A stretch of 64,000 nucleotides of DNA, taken from positions 1 through 64,000 of the forward strand of contig JBFWNS010000006.1 of NCBI GenBank assembly GCA_050250935.1, given 5' to 3'. Within the stretch, counting starts at the first letter, position 1. Each line of letters begins with the position of its first letter. Made by a program: the position numbers and the translations under genes. Under the pieces are notes generated by a model, which was given only the letters and a program-made list of their open reading frames with translations, was not told the DNA's origin and made no database searches. Of this stretch, positions 19,360 to 30,307 are shown piece by piece. This DNA is from Candidatus Margulisiibacteriota bacterium. GTDB taxonomy: Bacteria; Margulisbacteria; Marinamargulisbacteria; JBFWNS01.

Positions 19360-20520
19360 ATGTCCTATTTTTTTAGTTCAGAATCGGTGTCAGAAGGACA
19401 TCCAGACAAAATCTGCGATCAAATTTCGGATGCTATTTTGGACGAAGCCCTGCGCCAGGACCCTGATGCCCGTGTAGCTGCCGAATGTTTTGCCACCACA
19501 GGCTTGGTGTTGGTGGGTGGGGAAATCACCTCCAAGGCCCTGTTGGATGTTCAAGCCATTGCCCGAAAAACCATTACAGACATTGGCTATACCAATCCCG
19601 CTTTTGGGTTGGATGCCGAGTCTTGTTCGGTGTTGTCGGCGGTTAAAGAGCAATCCCCAGACATTGCTCAAGGGGTTAACAAAGGCGAAGGGTTGTACAA
19701 AGAATTGGGAGCCGGCGATCAAGGCATGATGTTTGGGTATGCTTGTACCCAAACCGACGCCCTGATGCCCCTGCCGATTCATTTGTCCCATGCCCTTGTT
19801 CAAGAATTGGCCCGGTTGCGCAAGTCCAAAACCTTGGCCTATTTGCGGCCCGATGCCAAAGCCCAGTTGACAGTAGAGTACGAGGGAAACAAGCCTGTTC
19901 GCGTTGACACCATCGTGGTGTCGACCCAGCACGATCCCGATGTTGATCACAAAACCATCGAACGCGATGTGATCGAAACCCTGATTCGGCCCATTATTCC
20001 GGCTCATCTTCTCACTGAAAAAACCCGCTATTTTATCAACCCTACCGGTCGATTTGTGATTGGTGGACCTCATGGCGATACCGGTCTTACAGGCCGAAAA
20101 ATTATTGTGGATACGTATGGGGGATGGGCTAGCCACGGTGGCGGTGCTTTTTCTGGAAAAGACTACACCAAGGTAGACCGTTCTGCAGCGTATATGGCAC
20201 GCTACATTGCCAAGAATATTGTGGCCGCAGGTCTTGCAACAGAGGCCGAAATCCAATTGGCTTATGCCATTGGTGTTGCCCAGCCGGTTTCGGTTCGGGT
20301 GAACACAAAAGGGACAGCCGTTGTTGCTGAAGAGCAATTGGTTTCTCTTGTTCGCGATCATTTTGAATTAACACCAGAGGGTATAGTTCGGTCCCTTGAT
20401 TTGAAAAAACCGATCTACAAACAAACAGCAGCTTACGGTCATTTTGGCCGTAACGATTTGGATCTGAGTTGGGAAAAAACAGATAAGGCATCAGACCTTC
20501 GCAAAGCCGCAGGACTTTAG
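19360..20520 (+). CDS. metK: S-adenosylmethionine synthetase
   Basis: [44 protein letters not shown]. Confidence 0.98.
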   Translation: MSYFFSSESVSEGHPDKICDQISDAILDEALRQDPDARVAAECFATTGLVLVGGEITSKALLDVQAIARKTITDIGYTNPAFGLDAESCSVLSAVKEQSPDIAQGVNKGEGLYKELGAGDQGMMFGYACTQTDALMPLPIHLSHALVQELARLRKSKTLAYLRPDAKAQLTVEYEGNKPVRVDTIVVSTQHDPDVDHKTIERDVIETLIRPIIPAHLLTEKTRYFINPTGRFVIGGPHGDTGLTGRKIIVDTYGGWASHGGGAFSGKDYTKVDRSAAYMARYIAKNIVAAGLATEAEIQLAYAIGVAQPVSVRVNTKGTAVVAEEQLVSLVRDHFELTPEGIVRSLDLKKPIYKQTAAYGHFGRNDLDLSWEKTDKASDLRKAAGL

Positions 20521-20565
20521 TCTTTCTTTTTTTCCATCGTTTAAACACACAAAAAGGTTAAAACC

Positions 20566-21093
20566 ATGGACCATTTTCAAGACGCCCTCGACCAGGCTAG
20601 CCTGACTGTCGAGCAGCACCTTATTACCGAAACCCACCGGTTACTTCGGGACAAGCACGCCACCGTTAGCGTTGCAGAGTCCTTGACCGGCGGACTTTTG
20701 TCCAAGGTGCTGACGGATTTGCCTGGCAGTTCGCAAACCTTTTTGGGAGGGGTTGTGTGTTACCACCCGGCCTTGAAAATCCAGTTTTGTTCGGTGTTGC
20801 CGGCCACCATTCGACAACATGGGGTTGCCAGTTCCCAGGTTGCTTTGGAAATGGCTCATGGGTTTCGGGCCAGGACCAAAAGTACCATCTGTTTGTCCAC
20901 GACAGGGGTTGCAGGTCCTGCCAACGAGGCCTATTCCGAAGATGCTTCTGGCACGGTGTTTATTGGTGTATCGTATTCGAATCAAGAACTGGTTAAAGCC
21001 TTCAAGTTTCGGGGTTCTCGCGATACGGTTCGGGAGCAAAGTGTAAATGCTGCGCTGATGCAGCTTAAATCTGTCCTAGAGTCTAGAATTTAG
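20566..21093 (+). CDS. cinA: CinA C-terminal domain / NMN amidohydrolase (PncC)
   Basis: [20 protein letters not shown] motifs; directly upstream of recA. Confidence 0.85.
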   Translation: MDHFQDALDQASLTVEQHLITETHRLLRDKHATVSVAESLTGGLLSKVLTDLPGSSQTFLGGVVCYHPALKIQFCSVLPATIRQHGVASSQVALEMAHGFRARTKSTICLSTTGVAGPANEAYSEDASGTVFIGVSYSNQELVKAFKFRGSRDTVREQSVNAALMQLKSVLESRI

Positions 21094-21115
21094 TTTTTAT
21101 ATAAGGAGTACCATC

Positions 21116-22150
21116 ATGGATGATAATAAAGAAAAAGCACTACAGTTTGCTGTAGCCCAAATTGAAAAAGCCCACGGAAAAGGGGCCATTATGCGCCTGG
21201 GTGCCAGCCCCGATTTGGCCTTTGCCAGCGTGTCCTCTGGGGCCCTGTCTTTGGACTTGGCTTTGGGTGTTGGCGGTTATCCCAAAGGCCGGATTATTGA
21301 GATTTTTGGACCAGAATCGGCTGGTAAATCGACCTTGTCTTTGCATGCGGTTGCCGAAACCCAAAAGGCTGGCGGGGTGTGTGCCTATGTGGATGCCGAG
21401 CATGCTTTGAATCCCAGCTATGCCCAAAAAATTGGGGTTAACTTGGAAAGCTTGTTGATCTCTCAGCCAGATTACGGCGAACAGGCCTTGGAAATCGCCG
21501 AGACCTTGGTTCGGTCTGGTGCTGTGGATCTAATTGTTGTGGACTCGGTTGCGGCCTTGGTCCCCAAAGCTGAAATTGAAGGCGACATGGGCGATCCTCA
21601 AATGGGGATGCAAGCCCGCTTGATGTCTCAAGCCCTGCGAAAATTAACCGGTATTGTAAATAAATCGAATTGTATCGTGATCTTCGTTAACCAAGTTCGG
21701 GAAAAAATTGGGGTGATGTTTGGTAATCCCGAAGTAACACCCGGTGGCCGTGCCCTGAAATTTTATTCGTCCATTCGTATCGACATTCGCCGTATCGATT
21801 CGGTGAAATCGGGTGTGGATATTGTGGGCAATAAAGTGAAAATCAAAATCGTTAAAAACAAAGTTGCACCGCCTTTCAAATTTACCGAGCTTGAAATTGA
21901 ATTTGATAAAGGGATTTCCAAAGAAGGTGATTTGCTGGATTTGGCTGTGGATATGGGTTTTGCCGAAAAAAGTGGAACCTGGTTTTCGGTGGGTAGCGAA
22001 CGGTTGGGACAAGGGAAAGAGTCGGCCAAACAGTTTTTGCGTCAGCACCCTGCACTTGCCGCTGATCTCGAGAAAAAAATTCGTGAAAAAGTATTGTCTG
22101 CCACAGCGGGTGCTTCCGAAACCGCTGGTGCCGCGTTGAAGGAGGAATAA
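21116..22150 (+). CDS. recA: Recombinase A
   Basis: GPESAGKS Walker [32 protein letters not shown]. Confidence 0.99.
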   Translation: MDDNKEKALQFAVAQIEKAHGKGAIMRLGASPDLAFASVSSGALSLDLALGVGGYPKGRIIEIFGPESAGKSTLSLHAVAETQKAGGVCAYVDAEHALNPSYAQKIGVNLESLLISQPDYGEQALEIAETLVRSGAVDLIVVDSVAALVPKAEIEGDMGDPQMGMQARLMSQALRKLTGIVNKSNCIVIFVNQVREKIGVMFGNPEVTPGGRALKFYSSIRIDIRRIDSVKSGVDIVGNKVKIKIVKNKVAPPFKFTELEIEFDKGISKEGDLLDLAVDMGFAEKSGTWFSVGSERLGQGKESAKQFLRQHPALAADLEKKIREKVLSATAGASETAGAALKEE

Positions 22151-22152
22151 GC

Positions 22153-23691
22153 GTGGGAATTGTAACGGTTATTATTGCCATAGTTGTTGCTGCTGCAGGG
22201 GTTTCTGCAGCTGTGTATTTCACCCGAAAAGCGACGGTGGAATCGAAGTTTAAGGATGCGGACAAACGCGCCCAAGATGTGGTGGCAAATGCTCAAAAAG
22301 AGGCCCAAAGCCTATTGGCCAAAGCCCATGTCGAAGCTCAGGATGTGATTTCCAAATCCAGAATTAGCATCGAAGAAGAGGTTAAATCTCGCCGCCAATC
22401 CGTCAGCCAGGTTGAAAACCGTGTCATGCAAAAAGAAAAGTATTTGGATAGCCGGGAACAAACCTTGGCCGAAAAAGAAGACCAAATTCAAAAAGAGCAA
22501 GAACGGGTTAAACAGCTTCGCAAAAAACAGGAAGTTGCCATCCAAGAATTGTCCGAGACCTTGGAAAAGGCCGCTGGGTTTTCTAAAGAAGAAGCTCAGA
22601 AAATTTTGTTGGCCAATGTGGAACGCGATGCCCGTCAGCAAGCGGGTCTTTTGATCAAACAAATCGAAGATCAAGCCAAAAAAATCGCCAATCGCAAGGC
22701 CAAGGAAATTGTTACCGATGCCATTCAGCGCACCGCTGTGGACCATGTGGTTTCTGCCACAACGTCCGTTTTGCAATTGCCAGAAGACGACATGAAAGGC
22801 CGCATTATTGGGCGAGAAGGTCGGAACATTCGGGCCTTTGAATCCATTACGGGTGTGGATGTAATTATCGACGAAACCCCAGGGGCCGTTGTGTTGTCTT
22901 CTTTTGACCCGATTCGCCGTGAAATTGCCAAAATGTCTTTGGAAAAACTCATTCACGATGGACGGATTCATCCGGCTCGCATCGAAGAGGTTGTTGAAAA
23001 ATCACGCCGAGAATTGCAAGACATCATCAAAGAACGTGGGGAACGTGCAGCCGAAGAATTGGGCTTGCAATTCCATCCCAAAATTATCGAGTTGATGGGC
23101 AAGCTGCATTACAGAACCAGCTATGGGCAAAATATTTTGGCCCACTCCTTGGAAGCTGCCCATGTGGCGGGGATTATGGCCGCCGAATTGGGTGTGAACG
23201 TGGCCTTGGCCAAACGGGGAACCATGTTGCACGATATCGGAAAAGCCATCGACTTCGAGCAGGAAGGCAGCCACACCGATTTGGGTAAGCAAATTTGCGA
23301 AAAGTATGGCGAGTCGCCTGAAATCATCAACTGTATCATGGCCCACCACGAAGAGGAGCCACCCGATACCATCGAAGCCGTGTTGGTTATGGTGGCCGAT
23401 GCGATTTCGTCGTCCAGACCCGGTGCCCGTCGAGAGTCCATGGAAACCTATGTGAAGCGGTTGGAAAAACTAGAAGCCTTGGCCTATTCTTTCGAAGGGG
23501 TCGAAAAAGCCTATGCCATCCAAGCTGGCCGGGAAATTCGTGTGATTGTTAAGCCCGACGAAGTGGATGATCCAGCGGCCAACAAACTGGCCTTTGATAT
23601 GGCCAGAAAAGTGGAAGCCGAATTGGATTATCCCGGCGAAGTGAAGATCTCGGTGATTCGGGAAACCCGTGCCGTTGGGGTGGCTCGCTAG
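22153..23691 (+). CDS. rny: Ribonuclease Y
   Basis: N-terminal TM, coiled coil, KH domain (KGRIIGREGRNIR), HD domain (LHDIGK), IQAGREIRV. Confidence 0.97.
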   Translation: MGIVTVIIAIVVAAAGVSAAVYFTRKATVESKFKDADKRAQDVVANAQKEAQSLLAKAHVEAQDVISKSRISIEEEVKSRRQSVSQVENRVMQKEKYLDSREQTLAEKEDQIQKEQERVKQLRKKQEVAIQELSETLEKAAGFSKEEAQKILLANVERDARQQAGLLIKQIEDQAKKIANRKAKEIVTDAIQRTAVDHVVSATTSVLQLPEDDMKGRIIGREGRNIRAFESITGVDVIIDETPGAVVLSSFDPIRREIAKMSLEKLIHDGRIHPARIEEVVEKSRRELQDIIKERGERAAEELGLQFHPKIIELMGKLHYRTSYGQNILAHSLEAAHVAGIMAAELGVNVALAKRGTMLHDIGKAIDFEQEGSHTDLGKQICEKYGESPEIINCIMAHHEEEPPDTIEAVLVMVADAISSSRPGARRESMETYVKRLEKLEALAYSFEGVEKAYAIQAGREIRVIVKPDEVDDPAANKLAFDMARKVEAELDYPGEVKISVIRETRAVGVAR

Positions 23692-23697
23692 ACGTCG

Positions 23698-24495
23698 ATG
23701 GGAACCCTGCGGCTCTTGTGTGTCGGCGATATTGTTGGCAGCTTGGGCCGCTATGCCTTGTCCGAACATTTGCGGGACATTCAACGCGAATACAAGGTTC
23801 AGTTTACCGTTGTAAATCTCGAAAATGCGGCTTCTGGTTTTGGTGTAACCCCCAAGGTTTATGCCGAACTGGAAGCCTTACCTGTTCAGGCGTTTACTTC
23901 TGGGAATCATATTTTCGATAAAAAAGAGTCGATCGGGGTGATCGATTCCTTTTCCAAACTGGTACGCCCTGTGAATTTTCCACCTGGTAATCCTGGGGTT
24001 GGGTATCGGTTGTTTACCTTTAACACCATTAAAATCGCGGTGGTCAATGCCATTGGTCGGGTTTTTATGCATCCTTACGACTGCCCCTTTCAGGCCATGG
24101 ATCGGATTTGGCCAGATTTGGCCCCGGCTTCGGTGGTGGTGGTGGATTTTCATGCCGAGGCGACCTCCGAAAAAATGGCCATGGGCTGGTATTTGGATGG
24201 TCGAGCTTCTGTGGTGTTTGGCACCCATACCCACACCATGACGGCCGATGAACGCATTTTGGAAAAGGGAACGGCCTTTATTTCGGATATTGGGATGACC
24301 GGTTCTTCTGAAGGTGTTTTGGGGATGGAACGGGGGCCTATTTTGCACCGGTTTTTAACCCAAATGCCTGCCAAATTTAGCCCCCCCAAAACGGGGTACT
24401 GCCAACTGAACGCCATTGTGGTGGATGTGGATTCCGATACCGGAAAGGCCCTTCACATCGAACGGGTTCAAAAACACTTCTTCAAACCAGGCTAA
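23698..24495 (+). CDS. ymdB: YmdB-family metallophosphoesterase
   Basis: GDIVG, NLENA, TSGNH, DFHAEATSEK, GTHTH; rny-ymdB synteny. Confidence 0.92.
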   Translation: MGTLRLLCVGDIVGSLGRYALSEHLRDIQREYKVQFTVVNLENAASGFGVTPKVYAELEALPVQAFTSGNHIFDKKESIGVIDSFSKLVRPVNFPPGNPGVGYRLFTFNTIKIAVVNAIGRVFMHPYDCPFQAMDRIWPDLAPASVVVVDFHAEATSEKMAMGWYLDGRASVVFGTHTHTMTADERILEKGTAFISDIGMTGSSEGVLGMERGPILHRFLTQMPAKFSPPKTGYCQLNAIVVDVDSDTGKALHIERVQKHFFKPG

Positions 24496-24520
24496 GTCTG
24501 GGTTAATATGGGGGTCTCCT

Positions 24521-25243
24521 ATGATAGAAACCCAAGGCCTGGTTAAACAGTACAATCGCCGCACCGTTGTGGATGGCATCAGCATCACCATGAATCGTGG
24601 CGAAATCGTTGGTTTATTGGGGCCGAATGGGGCTGGCAAAACCACCACGTTTTACATGATTATCGGCTTGGTTCGTCCCGATTCGGGCACGGTTTTGCTT
24701 GATGGTCACGACATTACCGCCATGCCCATGTACAAGCGGGCCCGAAAAGGGTTGGGCTATTTGCCTCAAGAATCCTCTATTTTTAAGAAATTAACGGTTG
24801 AAGAAAATGTGTTTATTTTGTGGGAACAGCTTAAAACCATCCCCCGAGACGAATACGATGCACGGTTGGATAGCTTGCTTGGCGAAATGAATTTGTCGCA
24901 TTTGCGAAAGGCCAAAGGCATCGAATTGTCGGGTGGCGAACGGCGTCGGGTGGAAATCGTGAGGGCTTTGGCCACAGATCCGGCTTTTATTTTGTTGGAC
25001 GAGCCCTTTGCAGGGGTCGATCCTTTGGCTGTTGCCGAAATTCAAGACATTATCCGGGCACTGAAACAAAAAAACCTGGGCATCATCATCACCGATCACA
25101 ATGTTCGGGAGACCCTCAGCATTACCGACCGGGCCTATCTGATCCACAATGGTAAATTGTTAATGGACGGTGATTCCAAACAAATTGCCGAAAACCCCTT
25201 GGCCCGAAAGTTTTATTTGGGCGATAAATTTACTTTGGAATAG
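24521..25243 (+). CDS. lptB: LPS export ABC transporter ATPase
   Basis: GPNGAGKTTTFYM, GYLPQE, LSGGERRRVEI, LDEPFAGVDP, ITDHNVRETL. Confidence 0.93.
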   Translation: MIETQGLVKQYNRRTVVDGISITMNRGEIVGLLGPNGAGKTTTFYMIIGLVRPDSGTVLLDGHDITAMPMYKRARKGLGYLPQESSIFKKLTVEENVFILWEQLKTIPRDEYDARLDSLLGEMNLSHLRKAKGIELSGGERRRVEIVRALATDPAFILLDEPFAGVDPLAVAEIQDIIRALKQKNLGIIITDHNVRETLSITDRAYLIHNGKLLMDGDSKQIAENPLARKFYLGDKFTLE

Positions 25244-25247
25244 CCGC

Positions 25248-26342
25248 ATGATTAGCATTCTAGACCGATATCTGACCAAAGAATTGATTGGCCCTTTTGT
25301 GTTTGGAATAGCAGCATTTACCTGTATTTTGGCAGGAAGCACCATCTTGTTTCAAATGATTGGCGAGGCCATTAAATATGGCATTCCTTGGTTGAAGTTG
25401 CTCCAAATTATTGTGTATAAAATGCCCAACATCATTGTGTTTACTTTCCCGATGTCGATGTTGTTGTCTTCGATTATCACGTTTGGGCGCTTGAGTTCCG
25501 ATCTGGAAATTATGGCGTTTCGGGCTGGGGGTGTCAGTTTTGCGCGGTTGGTGGTGCCTGTTGTAGCCGTTGGCTTGGTGGTGAGTTTGATGACCATTTG
25601 GTTTAACGAATCCATTGTGCCCAGGGCGACCTATTCGGCCGAAAAATTGTTTCGAAGCTTTTCGGAAAAAGATCAACCCAAGCTTAAAAAAAATATCAAC
25701 TTCACCGAATACGATGGGCAAGGCATGCCGCTTCGCATCATCAATGTGTTGGAAATTGAAAATGGGGATTTGCGGCATATTACGGTTGCCGAATACGACC
25801 ATGGAAGCTTGTCTCGTTTGATCCGGGCCGAACACGGTGCCTGGGTGGATTCGGGTGGGTGGGCGTTTCAAGAAGGGACCATGTATGTTTTTCCTGTCGA
25901 AAATCCCGAAAAGGCTATTTTTATGGTGTTTGATAAGGAAGTCATCGACATTAAAATTAATCCCTTGGATCTAACTTCTCGCCCCAAAAGCGTTGAAGAG
26001 ATGACCAGTAAAGAACTTAAAAAAAGCATCGAATTTCAGCGACAAACAGGCCGAGATCCCATTAACGATATTTTGCGTTTTCATATGAAGTTTTCAGTGC
26101 CCTTTGCCAGTTTGATTTTTGCCATTTTGGGGGCCGCTGTTGGGGTTCGACCTCATCGCAGTTCCTCGGCTTTGGGATTGGGGATTAGTTTGGTGATTAT
26201 TTTGGTATATTATGTGTTGATCTCCGTTGGAATGGGATTGGGATTGTCCCATGCCATCCCTGCTTGGGTAGCTGCGTGGATGCCGAATTTGGTGGTGGGC
26301 GGTGCGGCCTTAATTCTTCTGCGAAAGGTTAGTTCCCAATGA
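25248..26342 (+). CDS. LPS export permease LptF/LptG family
   Basis: ILDRYLTKE, GRLSSDLEIMAFRAGGVS, AAWMPNL; 3+3 TM layout around a periplasmic domain. Confidence 0.9.
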   Translation: MISILDRYLTKELIGPFVFGIAAFTCILAGSTILFQMIGEAIKYGIPWLKLLQIIVYKMPNIIVFTFPMSMLLSSIITFGRLSSDLEIMAFRAGGVSFARLVVPVVAVGLVVSLMTIWFNESIVPRATYSAEKLFRSFSEKDQPKLKKNINFTEYDGQGMPLRIINVLEIENGDLRHITVAEYDHGSLSRLIRAEHGAWVDSGGWAFQEGTMYVFPVENPEKAIFMVFDKEVIDIKINPLDLTSRPKSVEEMTSKELKKSIEFQRQTGRDPINDILRFHMKFSVPFASLIFAILGAAVGVRPHRSSSALGLGISLVIILVYYVLISVGMGLGLSHAIPAWVAAWMPNLVVGGAALILLRKVSSQ

Positions 26343-26713
26343 GCAAGACCATTTTGGTGGTGGATGATGACCAATCGATTACCTCGATTTTTGAATTCAT
26401 TTTAGGTCAAGCCGGCTATAAAACGTTGTCGGCCTCTTCTGGGCAAACCTGTTTGGACCTTTTGGCCAGTCATCCGACAATTGATTTGGTGTTTTTGGAT
26501 GTCAAAATGCCAGGGATGTCGGGCATCGAAACCTTTAAAGAAATTCAAAAAATCAATCCCACCTTGTTGGTGGTAATGATGACAGGCTATTCCATCGACG
26601 AGCTTTTGAAAGAAGCCTTCGAATTGGGGGCCTACGGGGTTATCTATAAACCCTTTGACGTGGAAGAAGTGTTGTCGATTGTTGGCCGTTTGTTTAAGGC
26701 CCCTCGAAAATAG
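26339..26713 (+). CDS. Single-domain response regulator (CheY-like)
   Basis: ILVVDDD, FLDVKMPGMSG, MMTG, KPF. Confidence 0.92.
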   Translation: MSKTILVVDDDQSITSIFEFILGQAGYKTLSASSGQTCLDLLASHPTIDLVFLDVKMPGMSGIETFKEIQKINPTLLVVMMTGYSIDELLKEAFELGAYGVIYKPFDVEEVLSIVGRLFKAPRK

Positions 26714-29700
26714 TGCCGGCACAAAAAACACTTCAGGCCATTTCATCCTCTTTGCAGGATAAAGTGTGGTCCAAAGAAGAGATCATCGAAAAATGCCATC
26801 AGGGTTTGGTGGGGCAATTTGGATTTTCGGGGGTTAATGTCTATTTGCTGAACCCGTCGTCGGGCGAAATCGAATCCACCTATCCGTCTCATCCCTGGCC
26901 CATGCCCAGAAGCGAAAAAGACTGGTTGATGCGGCGGACCAAAGATTTGTTGATCCAAACCCAAGGCGAATCGGCCCAATATATTTATATTGCCAACCGC
27001 AAACAATTTCTTTATACCGACAAACAACAATTGGCAGCCGATCAGGCCTATTACGCAACCCCCTGTCAGGATGGACTCTATATTGTTTTGATCTCGGAAG
27101 AAGAGATTATTTTGGGCTTTATTTTTATCAACGATTGGGGAGGGAAGGGGAATTTAGACGGCCGACCCCGTTTTGAACGCGAAATACAAGAGATTTTGGA
27201 TTTTGTCAGCAACATTGTGGTGGCCTTGGATAACCTGCTGATTCATCAAAAAATCGAAAGTTTGATGTCTGATAAGCGCGAATTGAAGCAACGGATTCAA
27301 AAAGACGAAGAAGACCTGAAGCAGCGCATTTTGGAATTGACGGTTTTGTACGATACCTCTAATGCCTTGGGGTATACCTTTCACCACCAAGACGTGGTGT
27401 CTTTGGTGACTGAGGCGTTAAACAAGGTCCTGCATTTTGATTTGTGTTCGATCTTTTTGTTGGATTTTCAGCCGGGTGGCGAGATCATCAGTCGGGTCAA
27501 CCGACCGGTTAAAGCGTCGTTTATCAAAACCATGCAATCCAACATGATTTCGGCGATTGCGCCCTTTATTAAAACCGGGATTGATGCCAAAAAAGTACGG
27601 GTTCGAACCGATGCGTTGTATGGCCGTGGCATCAAGCAGCCCGAAGTCCAAGAAATGAAGTCGTTTGCCAATGTGCCTTTGATTTTTAAAGAAGAAGTGA
27701 TTGGGATTTTGAACGTGTGTTGTGTCATGGCAGGGGCTTTTGGGCGCAACGAAATGACCTTTGTGCACACCATGGCCAACCAGCTGGCTTCGCATTTGGG
27801 CCGCTTAAAATTGGTGAAGCGCATCGAAAAATCCAAAATCGACTCCTTGGTTAAAAGCATGACCGAAGGGGTCATTATGTTTGATGACAACCGGCATCTC
27901 GAGATTATGAATCCCTCGGCCATGGAACTGTTGCAAGTGGATGCCGAGGATCTGACCGCCGAAAGCTTGTTCGACATTCTAACGGTGATGGGCTTGGGCA
28001 AGGTGGTTCGCCAGGCTTTTCGCAAAAAACAGCCTGTCTTGAATAAAGAATGTTTGTACAAAAACAAAATGATTTCGGTGAACGTGAATCCGGTTTTAGA
28101 CGCCGAACAAAACCATATTGGGATGATGTTGGTTTTGAGAGATATTACAGAATTACATAACACCAACCGGATTAAAGTCCAACGTCTCGAGGTTATTTCT
28201 CGGGTCCATTTGATTTTGAAAACCATGACGGATTTGAACACCCTCTTGCCCGTTTTGATGGAGTTTATTTTGCAAGTTGCCGGTGCCGAAGTGGGTTCGA
28301 TTCAGCTTAAAACCGGAAAAACCCATTTAACGAAAGTACATTCCAATTTCCCGGACAAAATTCGGCGGGAATACATGTTCAAATCTGGGGAAACCATTTC
28401 CGAGCATGTGGCCCGAACCAACGAGCCCTGCTACTTGGAGAATTTTTTGCACAACCCCTTGGTGGACAGCCATGTTCGGGTGTTGATCGATGCGTACTTG
28501 TGCATTCCCATTGTGGTTAAAGACACCGTGATTGGGATTATCAATATCATTCACAAACAAGGTCAGCAAAGAAAGTTGAACCAAGATGATATCGAGACCC
28601 TGACCACCATTACCTCGCTGTCTGGAACGGCCATTCACAATGCGATTTTGTATCAAGAAACCCTCAAAAAACAACGGTTGGATCAAGAGCTTCAAGTGGC
28701 CAACGACATTCAAAACAAACTGTTGCCTTCGGAATTGCCCAAAGTCCCCAACGTGCAATTTGGGGCGATTTCGGTTCCGGCCAGAGAAATTGGCGGGGAT
28801 TATTACGACTTTTTCCCCTTGGAAAGTGGCAAAATCGGCATTGTGATGGCTGACATTGTGGGCAAAGGGGTTCCGGCAGGGTTGTTTATGGCCATGCTTA
28901 AAAGCATTTTGTACACCCATGTGCTTCGCATCGATTCCCCCAAACTGGCGTTGATGCAGCTTAATAAATTGTTGTACAAAGACCCGGTCATTAATAAGTT
29001 TGTGCCGCTGTTTTATGCGGTACTCGACCCCAAAACTTTGAAGTTGACCTACTGCAACGCCGGCCACGAGCCGGCCATGATTTTGCTGGATGGGCGCATC
29101 CAAGAATTGGATACCCATGGCTTTCCTTTGGGGGCTTTTGAAGACCCAGATTACGAGGAAAAAGAGCTGCAATTAAAGCATCAGGACATGGTGGTGTTGT
29201 TTACCGATGGTTTGGTGGAAGCCAGGGATCATAAGGGCAACGATTTTGGCCGAGAGCGCTTGGGGGCCTTGGTTAGCAAACACCGGGCATATTCGGCTTC
29301 AAAATTGGTGGATACCCTCTATCAACACGCCAAGCGGTTTTTTAAAACGACGACCCAGCACGACGATTTAACCCTGGTGGTCTTGAAAGTAAACAAGCGT
29401 AGCGGGTCTTCTGGCGTTGTTCTCAAAAGCCACGAATTTAGGGTTAGCAGCTCCAAAAAGAACATCAAACGGGTGCGCCAAGAAGTGGCTGCCGTTACAC
29501 AAGAGGCTGGCTTTTCTGATACGGATGCCTATAATATTCAGCTGGCAGTCAACGAGGCTCAGGCCAATGTAATCGAACATGCCTACAATGGGAGCGAACA
29601 TGGTGATATTGTGTTTAAGTTTTTGCTCTATGCCGATCGTCTGGACATTGTGATCAAAGATTTTGGTCCAGGAATCAATCAGAAAAGCATCAAAGGAGAA

Positions 29701-29859
29701 GAGCATCTTGAAGAATTGGAAGGCTCGGGGTTGGGTGTCTTTTTGATCAAAACGATGATGGACAAGGTCCACTATCGTCGGTCTTCCAAAATTGGAACCG
29801 AATTGGTCTTAACCAAGTTCCTCACCCAAAAAGTTAAAAAAACCAGTGAAAAACACTGA
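26713..29859 (+). CDS. GAF/PAS sensor with SpoIIE/PP2C phosphatase and C-terminal RsbW-like kinase
   Basis: GAF segments (NVPLIFKEEVIGIL; CIPIVVKDTVIGII), PAS (SMTEGVIMFD...NPSA), PP2C (GGDYYD, ADIVGKG, NAGH, FTDGLVE, HDDLT), HATPase (LAVNEAQANVIEHAY, DFGPG, GLGVFLI). Confidence 0.9.
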   Translation: MPAQKTLQAISSSLQDKVWSKEEIIEKCHQGLVGQFGFSGVNVYLLNPSSGEIESTYPSHPWPMPRSEKDWLMRRTKDLLIQTQGESAQYIYIANRKQFLYTDKQQLAADQAYYATPCQDGLYIVLISEEEIILGFIFINDWGGKGNLDGRPRFEREIQEILDFVSNIVVALDNLLIHQKIESLMSDKRELKQRIQKDEEDLKQRILELTVLYDTSNALGYTFHHQDVVSLVTEALNKVLHFDLCSIFLLDFQPGGEIISRVNRPVKASFIKTMQSNMISAIAPFIKTGIDAKKVRVRTDALYGRGIKQPEVQEMKSFANVPLIFKEEVIGILNVCCVMAGAFGRNEMTFVHTMANQLASHLGRLKLVKRIEKSKIDSLVKSMTEGVIMFDDNRHLEIMNPSAMELLQVDAEDLTAESLFDILTVMGLGKVVRQAFRKKQPVLNKECLYKNKMISVNVNPVLDAEQNHIGMMLVLRDITELHNTNRIKVQRLEVISRVHLILKTMTDLNTLLPVLMEFILQVAGAEVGSIQLKTGKTHLTKVHSNFPDKIRREYMFKSGETISEHVARTNEPCYLENFLHNPLVDSHVRVLIDAYLCIPIVVKDTVIGIINIIHKQGQQRKLNQDDIETLTTITSLSGTAIHNAILYQETLKKQRLDQELQVANDIQNKLLPSELPKVPNVQFGAISVPAREIGGDYYDFFPLESGKIGIVMADIVGKGVPAGLFMAMLKSILYTHVLRIDSPKLALMQLNKLLYKDPVINKFVPLFYAVLDPKTLKLTYCNAGHEPAMILLDGRIQELDTHGFPLGAFEDPDYEEKELQLKHQDMVVLFTDGLVEARDHKGNDFGRERLGALVSKHRAYSASKLVDTLYQHAKRFFKTTTQHDDLTLVVLKVNKRSGSSGVVLKSHEFRVSSSKKNIKRVRQEVAAVTQEAGFSDTDAYNIQLAVNEAQANVIEHAYNGSEHGDIVFKFLLYADRLDIVIKDFGPGINQKSIKGEEHLEELEGSGLGVFLIKTMMDKVHYRRSSKIGTELVLTKFLTQKVKKTSEKH

Positions 29860-29877
29860 GTTAAAAGGAGAAATCGC

Positions 29878-30300
29878 ATGGAAATTCTAAAGATCCGCCT
29901 TAACCCTACGCTAACCAAGGTTGCTTTGGGCGCCGAGTATAACGAAGACAAACGTTCCGTGCAGGGCACTGTGGAATTGGACATTGAAAATCAAGGCCAT
30001 TTTGTGGAAATCATTAACGATATCTTCAACACCCCTCACATGTTGGTGGTGGTGGATTTGGAATTGGTCACCTACATCGATTCTTCCGGGTTGTGGGCGT
30101 TGTTTGAAGGCCACAAAAAGGCATCCCAGAGGGCCGGTCGTTTGGCCCTTTTAAAACCCTCCAAAGATGTTAAACGGGTCTTGGATATTACCAAAATGTC
30201 CTCCAAAATGTTGATTTACGATAACGAAGCCAGTGCCGTAGAAGCCCTCATGGCCATGCCGCAACTGGATCCCCCCCAAGAAAGACGAGGAGAAAGATAG
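29878..30300 (+). CDS. STAS-domain anti-sigma factor antagonist
   Basis: VVDLELVTYIDSSGL with the phospho-acceptor Ser. Confidence 0.9.
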   Translation: MEILKIRLNPTLTKVALGAEYNEDKRSVQGTVELDIENQGHFVEIINDIFNTPHMLVVVDLELVTYIDSSGLWALFEGHKKASQRAGRLALLKPSKDVKRVLDITKMSSKMLIYDNEASAVEALMAMPQLDPPQERRGER

Positions 30301-30307
30301 AATTTCT

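Noticed and set aside
19390..20361. 323-aa antisense ORF, and similar ones at 10497-11288, 14815-15594, 28327-29172 and 45711-46532
   Set aside because: Shadow frames opposite well-supported genes, with no recognisable motifs.
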